DNA from: Eledone cirrhosa
Taxonomy: Eukaryota
Assembly: GCA_964016885.1 (NCBI GenBank)
Contig: OZ024741.1
Coordinates: forward strand, 83,080,001-83,144,000
Length of the DNA stretch: 64,000 nucleotides
Direction of reading: 5' to 3'
Position numbers and translations under genes: made by a program. Shown here piece after piece: positions 1-13,600 of the stretch. Below the pieces are notes generated by a model. It had not been told where the DNA came from. It did no database searches and saw only the letters and a program-made list of their open reading frames with translations. Position 1 is the first letter of the stretch; every line of letters starts with the position of its first letter.

Positions 1-632
1 ACTCATCACCGGTGATGACTATCCCTAGCAAGTCTGGTTCGGTTTCAAGACGCTCGAGGATGTCCTGGCACACTTGCATGCGTCGACCCTTCTGGTCATC
101 GTTCAGCAGTTTTGGCACCATCTTCGCGCAGACTTTCCGCATGACTAAATCTTCAGTGAGAATCTTTCAGACGCTGTACGGATACATGCCCAGCTCATTT
201 GCCATCAGTCGAACAGTCAGCCGACGATCGCTACGCACCATCTGCCTGACGCGCTCAACGTTGACCTCAGTCCTGGTTGTTGAGGGCCTTACGCTCCTGG
301 GGTCATCTTGCACCACTCAAAAACACGTGAGCGTGACATCGTCTCAATTCCATACACTTGCTGCAGCAATCCTAGTGCTTCTGTCGGAGTTTTCTCCAAC
401 CGTACCAGAAACTTCAAGTTTTTTCGTTGCTCTGTGGTCATTGCTTGACGACCTGAAACAGAGGACATGTATATAAAATTATGAAGAAAAAGGTTTGATC
501 GCTGCAGAGAGCTAAGATTACAGTTACATACTCCAGGGGGATTATTTTGAAGGAGAAAACTCTTAGTGTGAAGTTTGGGCTTGAAATAAATCTTTTGTGA
601 CATCAGTCCTGGAACCTTTCTGACACCCCTCG
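1..632 (-). mobile_element. Mariner DNA transposon, left end with decayed transposase N-terminus (runs off window)
   Basis: Minus strand starts TA-CGAGGGGTGTCAGAAAGGTTCC (mariner-type TIR, TA at 633-634). Translation from ATG at 441 gives MTTEQRKNLKFLVRLEKTPTEALGLLQQVYG..SRSRVFEW, then after a frameshift ..DRRLTVR..MRKVCAKMVPKLL..VITGDE. Confidence 0.9.
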
Positions 633-1697
633 TATATTAGTAAACATGATTTGGGCAGACACTGATATTCAGGAAGCTTCTCCTTGATATCTCTCTCATA
701 TGTTTCAATGGAATGGATCTCCACCCGTTTCAAGGATGTGTGGTCCAGTTTTTCAATCAACAGAATTGCATATTCGTGAAATTAACGGCTATATGACTGA
801 GCATTCAACAGGCATTCTGCACCTACGATTCCATAAGCAGTTAAACGCCCATGTTATGAATGCCATGAACGTTTATCTAATAGCAATTGAAAAAGCATTA
901 TAATTAATTTCGTTATCGAGACAATAGGCATTATTACTACAGTTCCTTAATTCAGATGTACATCGCTTCTCTTAAGTACTGAACAGATTCGGACTGAAAA
1001 CAATCTGATATTCATAGTGTTAAGACAAGTAAAATTATCCATCAGAAGTATCGTATCATTAATGCTGCACTGATTGCTTCACACTAGCATTTGACGTTTA
1101 CTGACACAATACACCTAGCAGTAAATAGACACTATGCTGCGGTACATCATGGCCTTGTAATATCAGAAGAAATATGAATTTGATGAATCTTCATTTATAC
1201 GGGCAGTAGAATTCGCACTCTTCCCTGATTACTGCATGTAAATAGATAAGCTTCAAGACGATAATTTCCTACATATTATGGGATAGCAAAATCCATGGTG
1301 CTGTGTCAAAAATCTAATGAGGTAAAAGTATTTTTAAGATATACATCTTAAACAAAAGCGTATGTTGTTAGTTTAGACGCTAGGCTTATGCACAGCTAGG
1401 TCACGTTAATCTAGCAGGAGTAATTAAATAATACAGGTTAAACTAGAATGTAAACTCTACGACTTGTATTCATAATGCACTAACTAGCATGTTGATATCA
1501 CGACTGCTGTGTTCTATTATTTAATTCAAGAAAATATTAATATAAAGAAACTAATTAATTGAGATTCTGAAATATTTATCTGAATACAGATATTGGAATT
1601 GTTTGATTAATTTTAATTCAAAGCCATTAATCTACATTATCAAGTAAATTCAGAAACTTTCCAAATAAACTTTACAATTTTTCTGAAACAACTTCTG

Positions 1698-1774
<77 letters not shown>

Positions 1775-2657
1775 AAGAGGAAAACCTCATTATTCAAATT
1801 TAATTAGCAAATAATGATTTAAAGCATCCCGCGAACATTCAGGTCTAACAAAAATATATTTTCAACGCATTAACAAATATTTCCTCATTGATTTATAAAT
1901 TAATCTCAATTATCAACTTTACATTTCATTAACTCATAAACCGCGGAGTTTTATACACATTGACTGGCCGCTCTCATCTACGGAGGAGGGCGTTACAATT
2001 CTTTGATCAATGAAACAATCAGCACCTGGAATAAAAATGCAATTGCCTGAACCTTCGATAGAAATGTATATGTTTAACGTATTTTCAGGATGGTTCAGTC
2101 TCAAACTGTGTGACAGCACTGGCACGACTCATTTTTGTCAACTGAGTACGACTCATTTTTGTTAACTGAGTTGATTGTTCTAGCATTAAATCATGTGTCT
2201 TACTCACGGAGACAATGCATCACAGGGAATCGAAATTAAGAGTTTAACAAGTCACGGTATTTCGTGTTACACACAAGTGTTCTGGTGAAGTGAAATGATA
2301 TATCATAATTTGTGAATAAATGTATATTAGTCGATTTTCTATATCAATGAGAATGGCATTTTTCTAGGACGATGAGATATCTCACCTCATATGTCGAGAT
2401 GATATTCGTGATGTTTCAGATATCGCTTTATAAAAGCTCTAAAGAAAATTGCAAAAAGGTGAAATGGGTGTGCCCATACAAAAAACACGTTATAGGAGCG
2501 TGATACAAGTGACATCGAGTGTGGGAACATTCCGTCGAAGAAGAATTGTCCACTCCTTTATATATATATATATATATATACATTAAAAGCAACTATATTT
2601 TCTCTTTTCTTTTTGTGTTCGTATAGCGCTTTTTGTCTTATATTACTAATTCTGGAT

Positions 2658-2725
2658 TCAACACCTGATGATGTCGTTTAAGTTTTGCATGAAACTGGGC
2701 CATTAAAATATGTCTAGTGTGTTGA
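2658..2725 (+). ncRNA. Degenerate type I hammerhead ribozyme motif
   Basis: TCAACAC-CTGATGA-TGT..GCA-T-GAAA-CTGGGC..GTCTAG-T-GTGTTGA. Stems I and III pair, but the unpaired cleavage-site nucleotide appears missing or is G. Confidence 0.6.
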
Positions 2726-3067
2726 CGTAATTAAAATGTTAAGGATTGTTTCTAGTATGGCCTTCTGTAGTTTTTAATGAATATTTAGATCCGTCCCTGC
2801 ACCAGCTACTGGATACCACATCTACGATGGAGGATCTGCATAATATCGAGTGTTTTAATTTATTGCATCATCATTTAGTAACCGCGAGCACCATCAACTC
2901 TAGCCATTAGTAAACAACATAATACCAATCATACACACATACACACACACACACACACATACATATACACATATATATATTTATATAAGTATGTGACTGA
3001 TGGTAGATATGCTTCCATAGGCGGTATGCCGGTTGAGCACTCTATGTTCATACAGAGCAGAGTGTGT

Positions 3068-3742
3068 TATAATATAAAACGAAAAATCAGTGATGCATCT
3101 GAACTCAATTTATTGTGTTACAATTGTTTCGCCGGCGGACAGCTCGAGACACGATCATTGTGCGGATCTGTCTGATTCTGGATCCGCAGGTTCGACGGAC
3201 ACGTCTAATTATTTCGAAGCAAATTCTCTCACTGGGGAGTTAGCGTCAAAAACATCCTCTTCGCGCGTCCTATTATTGGTCGCTTTTTTCCTACGTCACC
3301 ATAATTTTGACCAACAGTGATGATACATCTGACCATCAGCTGTCCGTTATCTGCCACACTTCGATGAATTACTGCTGGGTTAGGTAGTTCTCACGTCCAC
3401 GCGCGCACTCACACACACACATACATACACACACACACACGCACACACACACACACACAGACACAATCATATAGATAACAACATCCGTACACATATACTC
3501 CCGCTATACATACGCACTTAATGAGAACATATAAACTTATAAACATACGCAAACACAGACGCCTGCCCGCATGTCCCCATACATCAACACACACACACAC
3601 ATGCATACTCACAAAGACGCACACACATGCATACGCGTATATCTACTCGTCTACACAAACACGTACAGACATATACATAGACACGCACGCACATACACAC
3701 ACGAGTCCATATATACAGGCACAAATACAGACTCGCTCATAA

Positions 3743-3834
<92 letters not shown>

Positions 3835-4307
3835 ATATACACACACAAACCAGCTCTATCCCTACAGTGAGTGCCCGTACACACACATACACTGGCGTAT
3901 ATACACTCTTACAAATATGCGCCTATTCACACACAGGCCCACACACACCTACAAAGATACATACATATATGTATACATATACACAAATGTGATATACACA
4001 CAGAGTCATATAAAGAGACATAATGGGTCATACAATGGGTCATACAGATGTATCATACCTGTTGATCAAAATTATGGTGACGTAGGAAAGCAGCAGCCAA
4101 TAATAGGACGCGCGAAGAGGATGTTTTTGACGCTAACTCCCCAGTGAGAGAATTTGCTTCGAAATAATTAAGCGTGTCTGTCGAACCTGTAGATCCAGAA
4201 TCAGACAGATCCACACAATGATCGTGTCTCGAGCTGTCTGCCGGCGAAACAATCGTAACACAATAAATTGAGTTCAGATGCATCACTAATTTTTCGTTTT
4301 ATATTAT
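3068..4307. repeat. Inverted repeat with ~260 bp arms (3068-3331 and 4045-4307) around a microsatellite-rich spacer
   Basis: ORFs 3090-3320(+) and 4053-4286(-) are near-identical translations. The arms are slightly diverged and flanked by (TA)n. Confidence 0.9.
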
Positions 4308-4327
4308 ATTTATATATATATATATAT

Positions 4328-4532
4328 ATAGCAGAGTATAAAAGTTTTAATATAGATGAGATTCTACAGGACTAGAACTGTTTCATTCATTAGAAATCAT
4401 CATCCTGATGATTTCTAATGAATGAAACAGTTCTAGTCCTGTAGAATCTCATCTATATTAAAACTTTTATACTCTGCTATGTATTGAGTACCTTACTTAC
4501 TGTGGTTACCTCCGATTCAACCCGGAATAACG

Positions 4533-4533
<1 letters not shown>
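4328..4533 (+). mobile_element. Fold-back element (hairpin 4328-4480 plus tail) with hammerhead core, probably PLE pLTR-derived
   Basis: Perfect ~75 bp arms with loop TCC. CTGATGA-TTTCTAATGAAT-GAAACAG..CTGTA-GAATC at 4405-4448. (TA)n on both sides. Confidence 0.8.
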
Positions 4534-4589
<56 letters not shown>

Positions 4590-4593
<4 letters not shown>

Positions 4594-4796
4594 AAGTATG
4601 ACCTCCACGGCAGACTTAAGCCATTTCGACGGCTATTTCTGAACTAAATTCAGAATTTAGTCCAGAAATAGCCGTGGAAACGGCTTGAACTCTGCCGTCG
4701 GGGTCATACTTTGTCCTATTACCCGCTCTACTACCCTAAGTATTGAGTACTCTGGTGCGTTATGGTCCATCTGGTTCCTTACCACATTACCTTCGT

Positions 4797-4797
<1 letters not shown>
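4590..4797 (+). mobile_element. Fold-back element (imperfect hairpin ~4590-4713 plus tail); relatives at 45830-45913, 46639-46780 and 57570-57610
   Basis: GTATGACC..GGCAGA..TTTCGACGGCTATTTCTG pairs with CAGAAATAGCCGTGGAAACGGC..TCTGCC..GGTCATAC. The tail ends CCTTCGTT-(AT)n, and the same end is seen on the minus strand at 46639. Confidence 0.75.
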
Positions 4798-4847
<50 letters not shown>

Positions 4848-5155
4848 AATTAGGCACACAAAAAAGAAAATAATGACTTCGCTTCTAGTTGGTATTCTAT
4901 AACAATTCAATGTTATAATTCTACAATTTTGCAATGTAGAACTATCAAGTCCTTTGTTAACTTCGGTGGAAAATGTTTTTAAAATCCTGGTTAATTTTCT
5001 GGAGAACTTTCTCGCATTTATCGGTGGCGACTGTTAAACTGAACCAAAGTTATATTGTGTCGGTGTATATATAAAGAATGTGTGCGTGTGTCTGTGGAAT
5101 TGTTAATGCGATGTAAAGTACACACACACACATACACACACACATACCCCCCCCC

Positions 5156-5236
<81 letters not shown>

Positions 5237-5266
5237 CACGGGTGTGTATGATTGACTATAGAAGAT

Positions 5267-5657
5267 TATATTAATAAAAGGAATTCCAAATTTGTCTGAT
5301 TTACTCGTTTTATTTACAATCCTTTAAAATTGATAATGGTATTAGAATGAAATAGTATGGTAGAATATTAAATGTTAAGTGTTAATTGAACAAGTACTTT
5401 CATGCTTTCGCAATCTTCAGGTTCATAATGTGTGGTGACAGTCAAGTTTGCAATTTTCAACAGTTGAAAATTGCAAACTTGACTGTCACCACACATTATG
5501 AACCTGAAGATTGCGAAAGCATGAAAGTACTTGTTCAATTAACACTTAACATTTAATATTCTACCATACTATTTCATTCTAATACCATTATCAATTTTAA
5601 AGGATTGTAAATAAAACGAGTAAATCAGACAAAGTTGGAATTTCTTTTATTAATATA
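5267..5657. mobile_element. Fold-back element, ~195 bp near-perfect arms, hammerhead in each arm
   Basis: Centre TTTTCAAC-A-GTTGAAAA at 5462, with only a couple of mismatches between the arms. The right end runs into (TA)n. Confidence 0.9.
5499..5537 (+). ncRNA. Minimal type I hammerhead ribozyme (mirror copy 5387-5425 on -)
   Basis: TGAAC-CTGAAGA-T-TGC GAAA GCA-T-GAAA-GTAC-TT-GTTCA: stem I TGAAC/GTTCA, palindromic stem III, CUU site. Confidence 0.85.
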
Positions 5658-5732
5658 TATATATATATATATATATGTATAAACAAGAAGTCTAACTCAG
5701 TAGGTTAAATTTAAGTTCGTTTATTCATATTC

Positions 5733-5791
5733 GTTGGTATATGTATTTCGGTGATAACCATTATTCAACAGTTATGACCTCATCAGACAGC
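5733..5791 (-). ncRNA. Degenerate hammerhead motif related to 7149-7203
   Basis: Minus strand reads CTGATGA-GGT..ACC-GAAA-TACATA-TA; stem I is mismatched. Confidence 0.55.
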
Positions 5792-5898
5792 TAGTACGTC
5801 AATAGAAAAACAATGATGGAACAATGTTTACATTGATTATTTCGGTCCTCTGATATGCCATGTCCCGAAGTATGGTGTTGTTTTCTCAAAGGACTGGT

Positions 5899-5973
<75 letters not shown>

Positions 5974-7148
5974 CGTGCGTGCGTGTGGGTGCATGCGGTC
6001 TAGTTTCAAATCTTGTTATCTTATACCAGGTGTATCATATCCAAGAATATCAATGATTTCACACTAACATGTATGCTTATATTTTTTTTATTTTTAATTC
6101 CGAATTCTAACCATTTCTGTAGTTCACCTATGACACTAATGTTCTTGTCTTCTTCACCAAAAAGTTACTCAGAACATCATATTGCCAACCTACTCTATAT
6201 AGTTAAACAAATCTACCTCACCTGTTGGAATAATGTTTAACCTTTTGAATAATTATATTACTGATAGTGCTACATTAAAGTAACATTTCTACGAGATGAG
6301 AAAAATGAATGATTGTTTTTAGTTATAGTTCTGTAGAAGGATTCTAAGTCTCTGAAGATAAAGCAATGTATAGATTTCTAATTATAAAAATTGATTCGTG
6401 GGTAACACATTGATAGCAATATCTTCTGAATATTTACCACCAAAAATGACGCCACTTTTACAAGATTAAATAACACGTGTTATTAGTTAAAATTCTATGA
6501 AATCATATTTAATTCACATGTTAAGTCGTTATATTATACTACAAAGAACATTATGTGTAAACCCATCTGGAGTGATCTACTGGGGCTTACACAATAAAGA
6601 GAACAAAATTATTTTAATATCCCCATCAATGGACTCATAATTCCTAATGGAGTTGTCTTTAGATACCTCTCTAGATCAGTATCTTCTTTCACCGATAGAA
6701 GGGAAGTAAGAATGAAATAGCAAAGTAAGTTTGTCACTCATTCTGTATTGTTATTTTATTGACTTTTATTTTTTAAGGATGAAAATAAAAGTTTGTTCCG
6801 GCGGAACTTAAACTAAGAGCGCCACGAGCTTGTTTGGTGACAAAACTCCATTGAACTCAACTTTATAACGATTCTGCCAATTCGGGCTCTATATTCACAC
6901 AATACACAAGGAAAGAGTGAAGTATAGAAAACTAGTGTACAATATGTTGTTTTACAGTGGGATAGGCTATGTTTGTGGATTATATATATATATATATATA
7001 TATATTGAGTTTATGTTGGTTGTATACCAACACCTCAGTATGCAGGCTGGAGCACTCGACGAATTGCGCAGGTTGGTTTGGTTACTCTGGAGTAGTGTAA
7101 AATAAAGTTAAATAAAAGTCAAATGATTAAAATTTAGCTTCGTTTATT

Positions 7149-7203
7149 ACTGCTATATATATTTCAGTGACAGCCATCTTTGGCTGTGACCTCTTCAGGC
7201 AGT
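7149..7203 (-). ncRNA. Type I hammerhead ribozyme, intact core
   Basis: ACTGC-CTGAAGA-GGTCACAGCCA AAGA TGGCTGTCACT-GAAA-TATATA-TA-GCAGT. Confidence 0.85.
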
Positions 7204-8399
7204 TTGAATTAGTATAGTATAGACAAGTACATATGTTATTTAGGTGTATGATGTTGTCAATACTCTGATAGGCCCAGTTCCTTGTTGGGTTGTTAATTCA
7301 CTGGGGAACTGGAGTCATATGAATTCAAACAAACGAATTGTCGTGTCACAGGTCCCCTTCTCCTCTCATTGGTCAGTTATTAGAACATTCCTCATTCTAA
7401 GTGTTGTTATTGTTGGAGTTAGCTTAAAAATTGATAAAATGGTAGAAGGGACAAGGTGTTAAAGGAACAAAATAACAAAAAAAGTGTCAAACTTCCCATT
7501 GTTCAGTTCTGAGAGCATTCCTCAGTCAGAAGTCTATAGAATTCTTTCTGGGGTGAGGCTCCCTGTACTGTTTTTGCCTGCTATTGTTCAGTACATTTGA
7601 CCTCCACCATTATTTTGGTACTGTTGTTGTTGTAGTGGTCAGCTTATATCTTGCTGCTGCTAACAATTTAGAAGTATCCAGTTTATGTTTTTTTCTTCAT
7701 CCCTCCCACCACCATCGTAGTGGTGGTGGTGGGGGGGGATTATTTCATGTATATGAAGAAATATAAGGCAATAAATGAAGAAAACAGAAAATAAATAAAT
7801 AATATAATAAAATAAAATAATTAATATAATTTGTGTAATTTGAAAATAAATAAATAGAGAATAAAGAATAAAGAGTAAATGAGAGATTGGTGAAAAAGTA
7901 ATGATAATGTATATGGAGAAGTGAGAAATAATGTAGGATAAAGTGTGTGTGTGTATGCTATAGCCAATCTCAAGGTCAGAATATGTTGGATAGATTGGTA
8001 TGATACATGATGTTAAGATGAGATATTCAATGTGTTTGTGTTATAATCTATCTCAACTTAAAATAAATATAAGGTGATACAGTGAAGAGGGCAGAAAACA
8101 AATAACAAATTAATAAAGAGAAATCAAGATTTAAGATTGGAACTTGAAAGTCAGAAATCTGGTAAATTAAAAGTGTTTGTGTTATAGATGTTGGCCAAAT
8201 TATTATGGCTGTGTCCGATTCTATCTCTAGGCTATCATGGTGTCTGCTCCGCCTGGGTTGTTCCCTGTGGCTTGAGGGGAGTTCACAACCTAGGGTGTTG
8301 TTATTGCCCATATAGCTTGAGGGAGGTCTGGCCGAGAGGTGTTTTCATGTTCTGTAGCAGTCCCTATAGCTTGAGGGGAGTTCACATCTTCTTGTGTTG

Positions 8400-8798
8400 C
8401 TACTGTCCATATATCTTGAGAAAGGTCCCGGCTCTAAGGTGTCTGCATGTCCCGAAGAAGTCGGTTCTGAGGTTTATCAGGCCACTTCCACCTCTTAGTA
8501 TCTCGAGGGTCTCGTTCAGGCATAGTTTGCATATGCAAGATCCCCCTTTATCGGGTGGTACTTTCCTGATTATGTACCAGGCCAGAGAGTATGGGGTCCT
8601 GTCCAGCTTAAGCTTCCAGATCAGGTCGGAGAGAGCTGTGCTTTTCCTTTTGGCCTCCTTCTTGAATGAATGGCGATGGTTGTACCAGCAGTCCTTAAAG
8701 CTCGTTGATGTGGCTCCTATGTAGAGGTGTTCGGAGTTTGGGGTTTTAACCCTACAACCGTACACTAAGTTCTTCTTGAGACATTCTTCTTGAGACAT
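8400..8798 (-). pseudogene. PLE GIY-YIG endonuclease fragment
   Basis: VY..YIG motif and C-terminal CxLC..CRH; 5'-truncated at (TA)n. Confidence 0.85.
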
Positions 8799-8828
8799 TT
8801 ATTTTATATATATATATATGTATATATA

Positions 8829-8900
<72 letters not shown>

Positions 8901-8957
8901 ATATTATATATATATATATATGTATATATATACATATATATATATATATTATATATA

Positions 8958-8988
<31 letters not shown>

Positions 8989-8994
8989 AATATA

Positions 8995-9055
<61 letters not shown>

Positions 9056-9058
9056 ATA

Positions 9059-9125
<67 letters not shown>

Positions 9126-9152
9126 GTATATACATATATACATACATATATA

Positions 9153-10461
9153 CAGGGTCTGGATGATATTTGTTCGCAATTATCAACTGGTAATTTTATG
9201 CAAATTTTTTTTTACTTCTGTTGTCACTCTTGTCTTCATAAAAACAATGACTATATTTCCATTATTTATTTTCTGAATAATTGATTATGAATAATATTGA
9301 ACTTCCAAATTTGTCGAAGAGACACGGAGTTCTTCTTAGAATCCGCGCCGGGAGGACAAATAAGGAAATTTCAGACTTTCTCAGCGACAGCAGGAGAAAG
9401 GTGGAAAAGCTCAGAACTGAATTGGAAGATTCAGGATTCGACTACGAAGCAAACATCGGAGAGGAAAACACATGATCGACGATCTCACGTCTTCAGAACG
9501 TCTGAGTTCGTCGCTGAAGTTCAGGATATCATCAACAATGAACCTAGCAAGTCGATGCGTGCCATTGCAAGGTAGAAAGGCGTGGATGAAAAGCTCATTA
9601 GGCTGGTGGTACATGAAGACCTTCGCTACGTTTCATACAAGATGAGGAATGGAAATTTTCTGTCGAAATGCTATGCAAGAAAAGCAACTGGTGCACGCAA
9701 AGAAGCTGATCAACAAGTTGAAACACCCACTGTAGCCAGACATGCTGTGGTTTTTCTCTGACGAGAAAAACTTCTGACAAGACCAGAAGATCAGCTCACA
9801 GAACAACAGGTGGCTCGCTTTCTCATCCAAAGACGTACCCATAGTCATGCAGACAAAGTTTCCAGCGACAACATTGGTCTTAGGTGTCGTTAGCAGTCAA
9901 GGTGACGCCATGACACTTCACTTCTTCCCTGAGGGCCTCAAGCTGAACACCGATTGCTACATCCACATTCTGAGCGAGGTAGTAAACCCTGGATCGACCA
10001 AGTAGCTGCAGGTAGGCCGTACGTGTGGCAGCAAGAGTCAGCGCCCTGCCATACCAGCCGAAAGACCCAAGCCTGGCTGTCAGAGAACTTCGTTTACCAC
10101 ACTTCACCTGACATCTGGCCTACCAGCTCGCCTGACTGCAACCCCTTCGACTTCTTTGTGTGGGTCGCAGTGGAACGAGACACCAACAGATCTAACTGCA
10201 ATACGAAAGACGATCTGAAGGCCAGGATCACAAGTGCCTTTAGGGGTCTATGTCGGGGGACAGTGACGAAGGCCTGTAGCCGATTCCGAGGCCGCCTAGA
10301 GGCCGTCATCAAAGCCAATGGCGGGTTTATCGTGTGAGATCGAAAGAACAAGTCATGAAGATAAACTGACCCTAGTTTGATAAATATATCTTAAAAATAA
10401 AACTACTGTGTTATTTTTTATCTAGACAGTAATCCTGCGAACAAATATCGTGTGCACCTTG
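9153..10461 (+). mobile_element. Tc1/mariner superfamily DD37D (maT-like) transposon, full length but decayed
   Basis: Imperfect TIRs CAGGGTCTGGATGATATTTGTTCGCA and TGCGAACAAATATCGTGTGCACCTTG, both flanked by TA. Motifs FFSDEKNF, WQQESAPCH and SPDCNPFD, with 37 aa between the second and third catalytic positions. Stops and frameshifts present. Confidence 0.92.
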
Positions 10462-11053
10462 TATATATACATATATATATACATATATATGTGTGTGTGT
10501 GTAGATGTGTGTGCTTGTAATGCTATTGTCTATGTATCTTTCTAAATAAACACACACAAACACCTATACACTCGCACACATATTATGTATAAATATAATT
10601 TACACAACCCACATATACACACACACAAACACTCACATAATCATAACAGATAATTCGCTATACATAAACACACATGGGTGTGGCAAATGTTAATGTCTGG
10701 CTCTCCTTCTTTCCTCGGTCGACGTCATCACCCCTTTCTTCGTCAGTCAAATCTAGTATGTGACGGACAAATACACAAGGTTTTTCTTGTATTGCTTATT
10801 CTGTGAAGAAATATCGGAATTACAATAGAGAATGAATTCAACATTACATCTTCTTTCTAGTAACAGGTGACACGCCTATAGATTGACCGCGGTGTATTAC
10901 AACGGCTAACTACTATATATATATATATATGCGTTATGTCCTTGAGCAAGACACGTTGCTCCTTCTACCTGGAGTGCGACCGATAGGTAGTATTAGCAAT
11001 TGGAAAAAACAATGAAAACATTTCCTCGGTCCGATTTGACGAAATTCGATCGT

Positions 11054-11148
<95 letters not shown>

Positions 11149-12861
11149 TGGTGTGTGTGTGTGTGTGTGTGTGTTTATTCTCTAATATTTTTATATATTT
11201 TGTCTACCGTGTCTGTATACATGAAATGTTGGATACGTGCTCAACATGTTTGTTTCAGCAACGATTGTTGCACTTGATCGAACAATGAACAGCCTTCGGT
11301 AAAATGATTGCACCTAGTTAAGCATAACCCAGACACGTACACAATCAACGTAATTTTCAAGGTAGTTCCGCATGAAGGTATGTGACAAGAATTACTCATT
11401 TTTCATGCTGACTTGACTTTTGCAAAGTGAAATAAAGTTGTTTTTTTATCAGGGTCACAACGAGCAAATCACATGAAACAATTAGCCACGCTCCTTTACT
11501 AAATATCGGATAAGAAATAATGGAACAACTACTTTGGTTGTTGGCTTGATTACATTTTCCTAAAGCTAGCTACGAAGGGAAACACATTGTTGTAAAATAT
11601 TCTTCTATTCTAACAACAACAAAACATTAGGTGTTGATTAGTGGTAGAAATTAAAAGATTAATTAAACTTCACCTATTACTTTTTCACAATAGAAATTAA
11701 ATAAACCGATCACCAGATTGTATCAAGTGAACAATGGTCATTATAATGCTCATAGGTTTGGGTCTACTGGCAAAAAAACACGTTAGTTGGAGTTCCAATC
11801 TCATGTTTTATGTTTACAAGCGTTACATATTGGTTACAATGTTGCACTCACGTTCATAATGTCGTGGGTCCATACCTGGACCGGGCTGCGAGTTGTGATA
11901 CATTATTTCTCTGCTAGGTGTTGAAAGTGGCAGCTTGTATTCGAAAGACCAATGAAGAGGTTGTTCCTTTTGTTCGAACTCACGATCTATACGTTAAAAT
12001 CCAAACATACATTATACACTAGTTCTTCTTTAATAAGGTACATTTAGTATATTACTAAAACTTGTATAACGATGTAGAAATTTAGCGCAGTAACAGTATT
12101 TGTCTCGCGGCACACTATATAAAGTCTTGGTATTTGACAGTTCCTTATTTGTTATAGTTTTTAAACCGTCAGTGATGAAAAGCAAAATCAGCCCCGTCGG
12201 AATTGGAACACAAAATATGGATACATAACGACAAACACAAAAATGTCAATAACAATATATAGAATTAAAGCTGCATCTAAATTTCATCAACGTAATAAAA
12301 TAAAAAAATGTTGAAATTCAAACAAGATAGATTGTTTTCTCCTTTAATGATTTATAAGACATCTTAAAATGTTGTGAAGAAATAAAATGAAATGTGGGCC
12401 CACTGCTGTAATAAACAAAATAAAAAAAAAACACGCCATTATAAAAATTTAGTTGTATGTCACATAACATTCGAAAAATTAGATTAAATTAATATTATAT
12501 TAAAATTAATTTCCTTAAATGAAATTATTTTAATATGATTTGAAAAAAATATATAATTAGTTCTTTTTCGTTTAGGAGCTAATTATATTGCTGTAACTTC
12601 AATGCATTTGGGTCCCCCATCACATTTTGATTTATATCGTTATTCTTTCAATTATACCATTTATATATTCATTTATCCTGTTATTTATTTATTTATATAT
12701 TTATTTATTTATTCATCGGAATATTCATTAGATTTGCGTGCTTGATTTATATCTATTTATCCATTGTATTTGATATTTTTCATTCTTTTATCATTTAGAT
12801 CACTACGCCCTTAAAGATCCAACATTCAGACATTCAAACTTCTCCCTCTCTCTCTCTTTTC

Positions 12862-12867
12862 ATATAT

Positions 12868-12959
<92 letters not shown>

Positions 12960-12966
12960 TTATACG

Positions 12967-12997
<31 letters not shown>

Positions 12998-13008
12998 TTA
13001 TACATATA

Positions 13009-13101
<93 letters not shown>

Positions 13102-13226
13102 ATGTATATATATATATGGGGAGGGTCATATTTGCGTAAACTAAAAATATATATATATATAAATATGTATGTATATATGTATGTATATATGCATGTATAT
13201 ATGTATATATATATATATATAAATAC

Positions 13227-13270
<44 letters not shown>

Positions 13271-13396
13271 ATATATATATATATATACATACATATATAT
13301 ATATATATATATATGCATACATATATATATATATATATGCATACATATATATGTATATATATATATGGGGAGGGTCATATTTGCGTAAACTAAAAC

Positions 13397-13427
<31 letters not shown>

Positions 13428-13483
13428 ATATGTATGTATATATGTATGTATATATGTATATATATATATATATATATAAATAC

Positions 13484-13520
<37 letters not shown>

Positions 13521-13521
13521 T

Positions 13522-13582
<61 letters not shown>

Positions 13583-13600
13583 CATACATATATATATATA
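12862..13600. repeat. (TA)n-rich microsatellite containing a duplicated 30 bp unique island
   Basis: GGGGAGGGTCATATTTGCGTAAACTAAAA occurs at ~13117 and ~13367. Confidence 0.85.

Larger units (their letters stand above)
7003..8800 (-). mobile_element. 5'-truncated Penelope-like element: GIY-YIG endonuclease C-terminus, 3' region and pLTR hammerhead
   Basis: ORF 8400-8798 [48 protein letters not shown] is a Penelope/Poseidon-type GIY-YIG. Hammerhead at 7149-7203; both ends abut (TA)n. Confidence 0.85.

Noticed and set aside
8752-9284. Long [12 protein letters not shown] and RERE ORFs here and throughout the window
   Set aside because: Translations of (TA)n, (CA)n and (GA)n microsatellites, not genes.
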